The notes under the pieces: generated by a model
Told to the model about the DNA's origin: nothing
The model's input: only the letters and a program-made list of their open reading frames with translations
Databases searched by the model: none
Translations under genes and position numbers: made by a program
NCBI GenBank assembly: GCA_050287085.1
Contig: JBNKBE010000002.1
Location: forward strand, 96,001-160,000
Source of the DNA: Polyangiaceae bacterium
GTDB lineage: Bacteria; Myxococcota_A; Polyangia; Polyangiales; Polyangiaceae
Direction of reading: 5' to 3'
DNA: 64,000 nucleotides
In this document: positions 26,958 through 36,585 of the stretch, in pieces
Numbering within the stretch: position 1 is the first letter of the stretch
How the letters are laid out: the number at the start of each line of letters is the position of its first letter

Positions 26958-29900
26958 GGTGGCCCTCCTGCGCGCGCTCGCGTTCGATGGCAAACTCGTC
27001 GGAGAGCACGAACTCCATGAGAGCTCGCGTTCTGGAGTCCAAGGCGTTGGCCGCAAAGGGGCGCCGCGCGCCGCGATCGAAGCCACCGCTTAGAACCAGC
27101 GAAACGTCGCCCAGCACAATAGCTGCGACGCGGTCGGCCATAGCCTCCGTTTGCTGGCGTACGTTAGCGATCTCGGAGGCTAGCTCTCCCGTTGCGCGCA
27201 GCGTCCGAGCGAGCACGCCTTGTTGGGTTCGGTTCAGTACCTGAGCCAGCTGATCGCGCATTTCGAGCGCGCCGGGTACTTCTTCGTCGGGCTCATGCGC
27301 TTCGGCCCCCGCGACGCGTGGGGCGTGGGGCGCGGCGCCTGCGTGATGGGGGGCGTCGGGAGCGAGGGCTGCCCCCGCGCCCGGCGCGTCCGCGGAGACC
27401 ACCGGCTCGGGATCGTCCGTCGCGGGTGAGGCTTCGCTGGGCCCACCGAGACCGAGCAAACGCGCACCTGCAAGGAGCGCCACGGCCTGCTCAGGTGTTG
27501 CCAAGTTGTGCAATTGTTGCCCCCGCCACGTGAAGACGAACTCGCGTATGAGCTGCAACTGATCGGCGCTGCTTAGCGGAGCCTCCACGCTTTCATTGAC
27601 GTGCACATGTACGCCTTGTGGCCCTGGGATAACGCGCAGTCGCGCGCTCTGTTTGGCTGATACCAGCACCGTCAAGGGTGCAATCTGTAGCTGGTGGCCG
27701 AGGTGGGCGACGGCGTCCGCCACATCGCGCGAGGCTGGCTCTAGCCCCCGTCCGGTTTCTGCAAATAGCGAGGCTGCGTGCGGTTCAAGCAGTCGGAGCG
27801 CCCGTGCGGTGGGCTGGTCCGGAGGTCCGAGTCTTTCCAACACCTCGGGCGAAAGTGGAGCCGTCGCCTTGTGCGCAGGGAGATCGCGATCGAGTTCAGA
27901 CAGCGTTTGTTCCTGGACTTGGCCGAGCGCCGCGAGCAGGCCAACCCACGCGAAGCGAGCGCTGGTTGCGCCTCGAAACTCCGCTAGCCTCACCAAGCGT
28001 GCCAGCCCTTCCGGCGAGGGCGTTCGACGCAGCTCTGCGCGCAGCGCTGCGTCAGCTACTTCAGCTAGCGCCCGCGCATCGGGAGAGCCCGCCATCTCGG
28101 CCACCAGATGGTCGATGGCTTCGGCATCAGTGGGGACCACCCGAAGCAATTCGGCGCAAGCGCGAGCCGATAGGTTGTCATCGTGCAGCGCGTCGCGGGC
28201 GATCGCGAGGCACAGTCGGGCCGCGGCCTCCTTCCCAGCAGGACTCGGACGCTCGCTGACCAGCTGCAGCAGGGCTTCGCTGGCTTCGGGCCACAGTTCG
28301 GCGCGTAGCGCCGCGCGCGTCATGCGTTCGAGCACGACCAAGCCACCCAGCTTGGCCTCGGATAGCTGGTGCAAGACTTCGTACGCGGCGTGATCATTCT
28401 TGAGTTCTACCTCGTATAGATCGGCCGCGCCGACGCCACCCAGTAGGCGTTGACGTCGATTGGCTCCTTCAAGTTGGGCTAGGCTCGAGAGAGCCGAGGC
28501 GGCGCGTTCCGTTTCGTCGGTGGCCAGGTACAGCTCTGCTAGCAGCTGCCAAGTCTCGGGTCGCTCCGGTTCGAGAACCCGGAGTGACTGGGCCTCGCGC
28601 AGAGCAAGCGCCGGCTTGTGCAGCGCCCGGAGCGAGCGGGTACGCTCCCACGCCAAGGCTACGAGCCGCTTTTCGTCGTCCAACTGTTGGTCGCAGATCG
28701 CTGTGACCGCAATGATGCCTTCGTGGTCGTTCTTGCTGCGGAGGCGCCTGAGCAGCGCGTCCAGGGCAGGCTCGTGACTTGGGTCGAGCTCCACTGCGGC
28801 GCGCAAGACGTCATCGGCGGCCTCCGAGCGACCCAGGCCGTAGAGCAATTGAGCTTGCCGTCGCAGCCAAACCGCCTTGCGCTCGAGATCGCGAGTGGTT
28901 CCGGCCAGGGCGCCGCATGCCTCGGCTTCGGTGGCGGATTCGCCGAGCCGCCGCGCCGCGACGCGCAGACCTTCCCATGCGGCAAGACCCAGCGAGGCTT
29001 CACCCGCGAGCTCCTTGAAGGCCGCGAAGGCAGGGCGATATTCACCAGCAGACAAGCGCTTGAACGCGGCCAGCAGTCGCAAGCGCGCTGATTCTTTGCC
29101 GAAGAGAGGCGCCGCCGCCTCGAGAGCGGCAGCCCGTTCGGGTGCCGGTGAAAGGGGCGGATTCTGTTCGAGATTGACCAAGACGCTGGCGGCATAGGTC
29201 CCGGGCAGGGGCCGAGGTGTCTTGCCGTGGATGAGCGCAACCAATTGCGCACTGGCGTTCACCGCGGCCGCAGCGCCGTCAGGCAGCAGTGACGCGAGGT
29301 GCTCGCGGGCGCTGATCTCATCATCCGACATTGCGCTGGCCGCCGTGCTCACCCAATGCAGAGCGGCTGAACCGCGGCGACTGCCACGCGCCCAATCCGC
29401 TGCGCGTGCAGAGCGGCTGGGGTCGTGTGCTCCGACTGGACTTGGGGCTAGGGCCACACGCGCCCGCTGCAGGTCGGCGAGCAGAGTCTGCTGCGCGGGG
29501 GCGGCCTCCTCGCCGGCTTCCTCGTCTACCAGGTTGAGCAGCAGTTGCAGCGCGTCGCTCCCGGCTCCGCGCGGCGTCTCGGATGTCAGGGCGGCGAGCA
29601 GCAGTTCGCGCTGGTCCAGCGCTAGGTGAGCGGTGGCGCGACGAAGCTGCTCCAGCGCAGTTCGCGGGCGCCCCTCGCTGAGCGCTAGGACGGCAAGTTC
29701 TCGTTGCGGCGACGGTTCGAGCATCAGCTCCCGTCCCCATGTAAGCAACAGGTTGACGCCAGAATCGGAGCTTTCCGGACGGCGCCGCAGCAGTTGCTCA
29801 CCTCGGGTCAATTGTTTGCCGCGGTAGGCCAGCACGGCGGCCAGGGTGAGCAGGGCGGCCTGCAGTGGTTCGTCGCTCTCGGCGTTGGCGGCTGTGGCTA

Positions 29901-31638
29901 ACCATTCGCAAACCCGCTCTGGCTCAACGGGCGACGCCTGTCCCAATAGTTCGAATGCGGCTTCGGCGTAGCTGGGGTTATCGGAGAGAATCCGCAGCAG
30001 GGCATCGCGGTCGAGCGTGCCGCTTGCACGTAGTAGCGCGTGCTCGAACGCGATGCGTTTACCTCCTTGCGGCAGTAGATCCCGCAGTTGATGCAACGCG
30101 TCCAGGCGCGGGCGTTCGGCTTCTTCGTTGACGCTCGCAGGAGCATAGGCGCTCAGAAGCAGTGAGCCGAATAGGGCCTCGCGCAATGCCGGCTCATCAC
30201 TGACCGTTGGGAGCGTTTCGCGCAGCTCTTCCAGCGCAAAGCGATAGCCGCGGGCATCACCCGCCAGGGCTGCGCGCTGCGCTTGCTCGAACAAGAGACC
30301 CCGGGCCTCCGTCTTGTCGACGTGGCTGAGCAGAGCTTCTCCGCATTCGAATATCCAATCACGCTCGCCATAGCGCGCGCCCAGCAGCCGACCTGCGCGG
30401 GCTCGCTCATACATGCTCAGCCCTTCGAGCTGCGCGCTGAGCTCCCGAATGCTGCCTTCAGCGGGGGCCCGCAGCAATCCCGCCCACAACGCGTAAGCAC
30501 TGGCCCAACGCCGTTCGAGGTCACCGGAGCCCGGCGTGTGAGCCAGATAGTGGCTCCACGCGCGTGCGGCGCGGGCCAGTTCGTCGGCGCTGGTTCCGAG
30601 CTCGGCGCGCGCCATATCCAGCGCGGGGCCGAGCACCCAGGGCGCGTGTACGGTGGGCAGCGGTCGCCCCGGGTCAGCGAGACACGCGAGCAATTGCGGA
30701 ATTGGGCGCAGCAGATCGCTCAAATCGGTCCGGCTGAGCGCCCCGTCCGGATCCGTGAGCAGGTGAACGATATCACGACGGTATCCGCTCGTGGCGGGAC
30801 TGTTCGTGGGGAGCCGAAGCTCATCTGCTTCGAAGCGCGAAAGCAGCAGCGCGCGCGGCAGGACGTCGTCGTCTGCCTCCGAGTGGTGCGTGCCGCCTTC
30901 GGCTTCGAGCTGGGTGCGCAGTGCGATGGCGAGCAAGCGCGAATCGCGATGCCGCTGTGCGAGCCGCTCCAGCCTGCGGCCGACCTGGCTTTCGACAGCG
31001 CCCCGCTCGGCGTGGCCGCTGAGCAGCCAGTCGGTGGCGAGTTCGTGTTGTCCGGTGCGCGAGGCCACTTCGCTCTGCAATAGGTGCAAGTGGGTGCGCA
31101 AGTCGTGGCGCGTTGCCAGTCGAATGCGTTCCGCCAGCGCCTGCAATCGAAGTTCGTCGCCATCAGCTGATGCGGGCGACTGAAATGCCAGTGTCAACCA
31201 CAAGCCGAGTTGGTCCGGGGAGCGGGCGGCGGCTTGTTGTGCGGCTGCCAGTGCGGTCTCCAGATCGTCCAGAAGATCCGCTGCGATCTCCGTGGCCATA
31301 TGATCTGCGCGTTGCAGTTCCGCGGGGGTTCTCGATACCTGCGCGAAGCGCTCCAGTAGGCGCGCCACGTTGCGCTTCGAATGGCGTCGCTGCAACACCG
31401 CCAGCAGGTGTTCAAGGGGTTCGAGCTGGGATGGGTCGGCGTTGACGGCTGCCAAGAGCTCAGCTGCCGCGCGGTGGTCGTCGCCGGTCGCCTCCTGCAG
31501 CGAGGCTTGCTCCTGCAGGAGGAGTGCTTGGCGCGCCGGAGCCATCTCGGTTCGCAAAGCCTCGCGGACGCGCGTCAAGGCATCGTTCACATCGGGCCCG
31601 ACGGGCGCGTGGGTACCAGGGGGTATGGAGAACTGCAT
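26944..31638 (-). CDS. giant TPR-like protein (~1564 aa) with an AgmK/GltI-like C-terminal segment
   Basis: TPR-like units (NADPSQLEPL, ELDPSHEPAL, LEPERPETW, VVPTDAEAI). C-terminus ADRVAAIVLGDV...ALMEFVLSDEF. Confidence 0.7.
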   Translation of the reverse strand: MQFSIPPGTHAPVGPDVNDALTRVREALRTEMAPARQALLLQEQASLQEATGDDHRAAAELLAAVNADPSQLEPLEHLLAVLQRRHSKRNVARLLERFAQVSRTPAELQRADHMATEIAADLLDDLETALAAAQQAAARSPDQLGLWLTLAFQSPASADGDELRLQALAERIRLATRHDLRTHLHLLQSEVASRTGQHELATDWLLSGHAERGAVESQVGRRLERLAQRHRDSRLLAIALRTQLEAEGGTHHSEADDDVLPRALLLSRFEADELRLPTNSPATSGYRRDIVHLLTDPDGALSRTDLSDLLRPIPQLLACLADPGRPLPTVHAPWVLGPALDMARAELGTSADELARAARAWSHYLAHTPGSGDLERRWASAYALWAGLLRAPAEGSIRELSAQLEGLSMYERARAGRLLGARYGERDWIFECGEALLSHVDKTEARGLLFEQAQRAALAGDARGYRFALEELRETLPTVSDEPALREALFGSLLLSAYAPASVNEEAERPRLDALHQLRDLLPQGGKRIAFEHALLRASGTLDRDALLRILSDNPSYAEAAFELLGQASPVEPERVCEWLATAANAESDEPLQAALLTLAAVLAYRGKQLTRGEQLLRRRPESSDSGVNLLLTWGRELMLEPSPQRELAVLALSEGRPRTALEQLRRATAHLALDQRELLLAALTSETPRGAGSDALQLLLNLVDEEAGEEAAPAQQTLLADLQRARVALAPSPVGAHDPSRSARAADWARGSRRGSAALHWVSTAASAMSDDEISAREHLASLLPDGAAAAVNASAQLVALIHGKTPRPLPGTYAASVLVNLEQNPPLSPAPERAAALEAAAPLFGKESARLRLLAAFKRLSAGEYRPAFAAFKELAGEASLGLAAWEGLRVAARRLGESATEAEACGALAGTTRDLERKAVWLRRQAQLLYGLGRSEAADDVLRAAVELDPSHEPALDALLRRLRSKNDHEGIIAVTAICDQQLDDEKRLVALAWERTRSLRALHKPALALREAQSLRVLEPERPETWQLLAELYLATDETERAASALSSLAQLEGANRRQRLLGGVGAADLYEVELKNDHAAYEVLHQLSEAKLGGLVVLERMTRAALRAELWPEASEALLQLVSERPSPAGKEAAARLCLAIARDALHDDNLSARACAELLRVVPTDAEAIDHLVAEMAGSPDARALAEVADAALRAELRRTPSPEGLARLVRLAEFRGATSARFAWVGLLAALGQVQEQTLSELDRDLPAHKATAPLSPEVLERLGPPDQPTARALRLLEPHAASLFAETGRGLEPASRDVADAVAHLGHQLQIAPLTVLVSAKQSARLRVIPGPQGVHVHVNESVEAPLSSADQLQLIREFVFTWRGQQLHNLATPEQAVALLAGARLLGLGGPSEASPATDDPEPVVSADAPGAGAALAPDAPHHAGAAPHAPRVAGAEAHEPDEEVPGALEMRDQLAQVLNRTQQGVLARTLRATGELASEIANVRQQTEAMADRVAAIVLGDVSLVLSGGFDRGARRPFAANALDSRTRALMEFVLSDEFAIERERAQEGHRGRE

Positions 31639-32078
31639 TCCGGGCAAGCCGATGGAGGTTATTGCAAGCGTAGGCCACTCGGCTTCACCCTGACAAACTC
31701 GTCGGAACAAGACCGGCCCAGACGCCGATGTTGCCTGCTTCTCGCATACCCTGCGCACGCGCCGGCGGCGACGACCCACCGCCGCGGGGCGCGCCTCTGC
31801 TCGGACAACCCTTGTGGGGGCCGGGCTCGCGTGCCCCGCCCTCGGCCAGTCCTCCCCGCGAGTTTGCGCTGGCGTTGCGTGGACTCCGGGCTAGCATGCT
31901 AGGCATTGACTTCCCAAGGATTTCCGGCTTTGTCGGGGCCTTCCGTGGGCCCGGATCCAAATGCTTTGCCGCAACGTGTCGTAGTTTGATGATGGAGCCT
32001 GCTGCGCTATGGGTCCGGGGGCTGGGATGTGCCGTTTCGTGGCCCATTGGTACCGAGTTGGGTTGTCGCTGAGGTCTG

Positions 32079-35000
32079 ATGTTTAGAGTGGAGTGTCCGG
32101 GCTGCGCAAAGGCCCATCAAGTGGATGAACGACGGGTTCCCGCCAAGGGGCTCCAGATGCGCTGCGGGCATTGCGGCGAGTCGTTCCGGGTCGAAGCGCC
32201 TAGCCAGGGGCCCAGTATTAGGTCGCTGACGCCGGCCTCCGGGATGGCGGCTCCTCCCGTGAGTTCGGTCGCCAAGGGGCTGCCCAAGGGCGGAAGCCTC
32301 GGACTGCTGGGACCCAAGTTGGCACCGCTCGGGGGCCAAGGCGTGACGGGTGGAAACCGCGCCGCGCCGGCCGCGCCCCCCAGGCCGGCCGCGCCCCGCC
32401 GCAAGCCACCGCTGCCGCTCCGCGGAGGAGCGCTCTCGTCTGCGCTCGGCGCGTCTCGGCCAGCCCCTCTCGGGGCGGTTGTTCCGCCGAACGAGGCCCG
32501 CGCGAACGAGACCGGCGCGAACGAGACCGGCGCGAACGAGGCCCGCGCGAACGAGGCCCGCGCGAACGAGGGACCCGGCGTTTCGCCGCAAGCGCTGGCA
32601 CCGGAGGCGCCGCCAGCGCTTCCGACCTTGCACGCCGGCGCGCCGGAGGTGCGGGCCCCCGAGGGGTGGCAGGCCGACGACGCCGACTTCAGCGAGCTCA
32701 ACGACGACCCCCGCGAGCCGCCTGAAAAGAGGGGCGATGGCGCTCAGCCCGCCCTGGAGTTGGACGAGCGCGACCTGCCGGGTATCAGCGATGCGGCACT
32801 CAGGGCGGCCCCCATCGGTGCATCGCCTCCGGTGCCAGCGCATTCAGTCCTAAGGCTGGACGTGGTTGATTCCGTGGACGAGCGCGATTTGCCGGGCATG
32901 CTGCGGGTGAACGAGTCGGATCTGCCCGGAGTGGTGCGACGCGCCACGGCGCCGGAGGGGCCGGGTGCTGCGCCGGTCCGACAGCCGTCGTTGCCCGCAG
33001 TGCTTGGGGGGCTGGAAAGCGACGACGCCGCCGGGGACGAAGAGCTCGAACTACCCGCGGTATTGGGCGTCGAGCCCGGGGCCAGAACACCGCTGGATTT
33101 GGGGCCTGAAGAGCCGATGCTGATCGATGACTTGCCGGACCTTGCCCTGGCTGAGGACCTTCCGTCCCCCGCTGCGGGTCTGGCTCGCTCGTTTGGCCGG
33201 TCATCACAGCTTGCTGCGACGCATCCGGCGCCGCCGCTGGATATCGACGAGGGGAGTCCGGACGATTGGGATTCCGAACTCGACATAGCACTGCCAGAAG
33301 CGGTGGATCCAGCCTTGCCGGTACGAGCCGACGACAGCTTACCCGCGGTGGCTGACGCGCTGCCAGTGTTGGCTCAGGACGGCCTACCCGAGTTGGCCGA
33401 TCCCACGCTACCGGCTCTTGCGGACGAAGAGTTTGCCTTGCCAAGTCTCAGCGATGAAGAGCTGGGGCTTCCGGCGGGGGGCACCTCGCTCGGGATGAGC
33501 GATTTGAGCGATAGTGAGCTTGCGCTCGACGGCGGAGAATTCGGGGCGGTGGATCTGCCGCAACTGCCTGAGGATAGGCTCTCCCTATTCCCGGGCCAGG
33601 GGACGGACGCCTCGGCTCCGGACATTCCGGTTCCTGCTTCGCTTTCTGATTTTCCAGGACTCGAAAGCAAGCCGCCCACGTCGTTGGTCGAGCCGCGCCG
33701 CGTTCCGTTTGAGTCGCTGCCCCCGGAGGGAGCGGAGGCCGAAGCGTTGGGTGACGCCTTCGATTTCGGAGACGACGACACCTTCGAGCCGTTTGGGAGC
33801 GGGCCCAGTGGTGAGCCGGCAAACGTCGATGCCGTCGCTCACCAGGCGCACGTGCAGCGCGCGTCGGATCCGGCGGCCTACGGTGAGCTAGATCTTGGCT
33901 CCGACGCCTCCGCCAGCGACGCTCTCGGCGTCGACGATGGCATGGAGTTCGGAGAGATCCCCCAGGAGCGTGGCCCCACGCGCTCACCCGCTGGATTGGG
34001 CGAGGGCGTCATCGAGGCCGAGCCCACTTCGGCTCGGGGGGCCGCGGCTTCGGCTCAGGTGCACCGCGAGTCGCTGCCGCCCCGAAAAAGGGCCGCGCAC
34101 AAGCCTCGGAGTCGACGTGGTCTGTGGCTCGCGGCCGCTAGTGTCATCGTGGTGGGCGGAGCCGGCGGAGCGCTCGCGGCATTGCCGCGAGTGGGGCCCT
34201 TCGGGTACTTCTATATCAGCGATCGCTTGCAGCAGCCGAAGCACGAAGCACTGCTCGTTCAGGCGCGACAAGCCTCGAAAGAGAATTGGGGCAGTGGGGT
34301 ATTCGCAGTGGCACGGCGCGGGGTGCGCGCCGTGCGCGAGTTAGCAGCACGGGCACCACGATTCGAGCCCCTGGCCGCCTACGCGGCGTTGTCGGCCTGT
34401 GAGTTCGAATTGCGCTATGGAGCCAATCAGGAAGCGGCGGCCATGGGCTTGCTCGGCTCCCTTCAGCGTGAGGGCGCGGCTTCGAAAGCATCCCCATTTG
34501 TTGAGGCCTTTGCCTGTAGGCAGGCTTTGGCCGGCAAAGCAGGGGACGCTATCGCCGCGTTAGCGCCGGTTTCGGTCACCTATGAAGCACAGGTCTTGCT
34601 CGGGCAACTGCACCTTCAAAGCGGCGCTCCTGAGTTGGCTTTGCCGATTTGGCAGGGCCTAGAAAAGGCTGATGGCTCTGCGATGGCTTTCTGCGGTCTG
34701 GCTGAGGCGGAACTGGCGCTGGATCATCTGGCCCAAGCGGACGCTGCGGCCCAGGCGGCGCTGGCGCAGAGCCCACAATCCGATGCCGCTTCGCTGATCC
34801 GCTTGGAGGTGCGCTGGCGGCGCGACCAGGACGATTCGGTCGTGGGCGACTTGGTTTCTCAGCTCAAGCGAGAACTGGCACCCAATGACGCCGCCCGCGG
34901 CCAGGCCCTTCTCGGCGAGATACACCTCGCTCGGGGGCGTTTGAGCAAGGCGGAAGCGGCCTTTGGAGAAGCGCTCAAGTTGGATCCAGACGGCGTGCGC

Positions 35001-36509
35001 TCGATGCTCGGATTGGGTGACACGCTCTTTGAGAGCGGTCGCTACGCGGCGGCTCTGGCCCGATACGAAGCGGCTGTTCCGCTCGATCGCGAGGCGCGCG
35101 CCGCGTTGGGGGTTGCACGCTGTCAGATGAAGCTTGAGCAGCTTCCCGCGGCTCGTTCCGCCCTGGAGACGCTGCGCAAGGCACATCCGAAGAGCTTGTC
35201 AGTTGCGTTTGTGACCGGGCTCGCCGCAGCCGCGGACGGCGATCGCAAGCTCGCTGAAGAGCAGTTCCGGTGGGTTATCGACGAGGGCGCCAATGAGGAC
35301 GAACATGCGGTGCTTGCGCGTGTGGAGTTGGCGCGCTTGCTGTCCGAAGCGGGGCAACGAAAGGCAGCCGACCAGCTGCTAGCCGACGCTGAGCGGACCT
35401 TGCCGGATGCGGCACTGCTGCAGCGTGCCTTTGGGGAGGTGGCTTTGGCGCAAGGACATTATGCCAAAGCCCTTGCAGCTTTTCGTCGCGCTCATGCTCG
35501 GCAGCCCTCCGACCTTCGCAGTTTGTTTCTTCAGGCTGTCAGTTTGCGGCGTCTGGGGCAATACGAGGACGCGTTCTCCGTGTTGAATGAGGTCGAGAAG
35601 GTCGACCCGAATCTTCCGGGGCTGCCGCTGGAGCGGGGCTTGTGTCTGGAGCAATCCGGACGTGGTCAGGAAGCGTTGGCACAATACGAGGCCGCGCTCC
35701 GTGAAGCCCCCAAAGACTTGGATCTAATGCTGCGCGTCGGGTGTGGACGGGTGAGCGCTGGCGATGGGCAAGCGGCGACCGAGGTGCTCAAGCCAGTGAG
35801 TATCAAGCGTCCCAATTCGGCGGAGCTCAACTACTGCCTCGGTCGCGCGCTGGCGCTTCAAGGGCAGACCCTTGTGGCGCTCAAACGGCTGCAGCGGGCA
35901 GCCGAGCTGGACGCCCATCGGGCTGAGTACCTCCTCCACTTGGGGTGGGTCGCGAACGAAGCGGGTCAGGTGGCCATTGCGGATCGCGCCTTGAATGCGG
36001 CCTTGGAGCTCGACAAGGGCTTGGCCGATGCTTATTGGCAGCGAGGGGTGATGCTGCTGCATCGGGGGGCCGCGCACGATGCCATTGTGGACCTCAAGAA
36101 GGCGATTGCCTTGAAGCCCACTCGGGTGGACGCTCACGCTGAGCTGGCCCAGGCGTTATACCAGGTGGGCAAGGAGCAGCTGGCATTGGCTGAATGGTAT
36201 CGCGCCGTGTCGGCCAACAACAACAACCCGCTGTGGTTGTTTCGCTATGGCAAGTTGCTCGGAGCTCGCCATCGAAACCGCGAGGCGGCACAACAACTCC
36301 AGCGGGCGATAGAACTAGCCAAGCAGCTGCCCCAGCCTCCCGCTTGGCTTTGGGAGGCGCATCATTTGGCGGCTGCGAGTCTCGGCGGGCGCCCGGAGGC
36401 GCTTGAGCATTGGGAGAAGTTTCTGGAACTTGGTCCCCCCGACTCCCCCTATCGTGAGGACGCCCGCAAGGCATTGGCTGCCGCAGGGCGGCGGCCGAGC
36501 GGCGATTGA
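32079..36509 (+). CDS. MJ0042-type zinc-ribbon, acidic disordered linker, TM and TPR array protein
   Basis: CPGC-x20-CGHC at the N-terminus, about 640 aa rich in D/E/P/L, hydrophobic segment LWLAAASVIVVGGAGGALAAL, then many TPRs. Confidence 0.85.
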   Translation: MFRVECPGCAKAHQVDERRVPAKGLQMRCGHCGESFRVEAPSQGPSIRSLTPASGMAAPPVSSVAKGLPKGGSLGLLGPKLAPLGGQGVTGGNRAAPAAPPRPAAPRRKPPLPLRGGALSSALGASRPAPLGAVVPPNEARANETGANETGANEARANEARANEGPGVSPQALAPEAPPALPTLHAGAPEVRAPEGWQADDADFSELNDDPREPPEKRGDGAQPALELDERDLPGISDAALRAAPIGASPPVPAHSVLRLDVVDSVDERDLPGMLRVNESDLPGVVRRATAPEGPGAAPVRQPSLPAVLGGLESDDAAGDEELELPAVLGVEPGARTPLDLGPEEPMLIDDLPDLALAEDLPSPAAGLARSFGRSSQLAATHPAPPLDIDEGSPDDWDSELDIALPEAVDPALPVRADDSLPAVADALPVLAQDGLPELADPTLPALADEEFALPSLSDEELGLPAGGTSLGMSDLSDSELALDGGEFGAVDLPQLPEDRLSLFPGQGTDASAPDIPVPASLSDFPGLESKPPTSLVEPRRVPFESLPPEGAEAEALGDAFDFGDDDTFEPFGSGPSGEPANVDAVAHQAHVQRASDPAAYGELDLGSDASASDALGVDDGMEFGEIPQERGPTRSPAGLGEGVIEAEPTSARGAAASAQVHRESLPPRKRAAHKPRSRRGLWLAAASVIVVGGAGGALAALPRVGPFGYFYISDRLQQPKHEALLVQARQASKENWGSGVFAVARRGVRAVRELAARAPRFEPLAAYAALSACEFELRYGANQEAAAMGLLGSLQREGAASKASPFVEAFACRQALAGKAGDAIAALAPVSVTYEAQVLLGQLHLQSGAPELALPIWQGLEKADGSAMAFCGLAEAELALDHLAQADAAAQAALAQSPQSDAASLIRLEVRWRRDQDDSVVGDLVSQLKRELAPNDAARGQALLGEIHLARGRLSKAEAAFGEALKLDPDGVRSMLGLGDTLFESGRYAAALARYEAAVPLDREARAALGVARCQMKLEQLPAARSALETLRKAHPKSLSVAFVTGLAAAADGDRKLAEEQFRWVIDEGANEDEHAVLARVELARLLSEAGQRKAADQLLADAERTLPDAALLQRAFGEVALAQGHYAKALAAFRRAHARQPSDLRSLFLQAVSLRRLGQYEDAFSVLNEVEKVDPNLPGLPLERGLCLEQSGRGQEALAQYEAALREAPKDLDLMLRVGCGRVSAGDGQAATEVLKPVSIKRPNSAELNYCLGRALALQGQTLVALKRLQRAAELDAHRAEYLLHLGWVANEAGQVAIADRALNAALELDKGLADAYWQRGVMLLHRGAAHDAIVDLKKAIALKPTRVDAHAELAQALYQVGKEQLALAEWYRAVSANNNNPLWLFRYGKLLGARHRNREAAQQLQRAIELAKQLPQPPAWLWEAHHLAAASLGGRPEALEHWEKFLELGPPDSPYREDARKALAAAGRRPSGD
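32489..32570. repeat. 15-bp tandem repeat x5.5 in two variants
   Basis: GAACGAGGCCCGCGC / GAACGAGACCGGCGC, encoding ANEAR/ANETG. Confidence 0.92.
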
Positions 36510-36544
36510 AGCCCGCGTTCGGAAGTCCGTGTCCCCGCGCTGCC

Positions 36545-36585
36545 AGAAACCCGGCGCTGCTAGAAACCCGGCGCTGCTAGAAACC
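36545..36585. repeat. 17-bp tandem repeat x2.4 at the kinase stop codon
   Basis: AGAAACCCGGCGCTGCT x2 plus AGAAACC. Confidence 0.85.
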
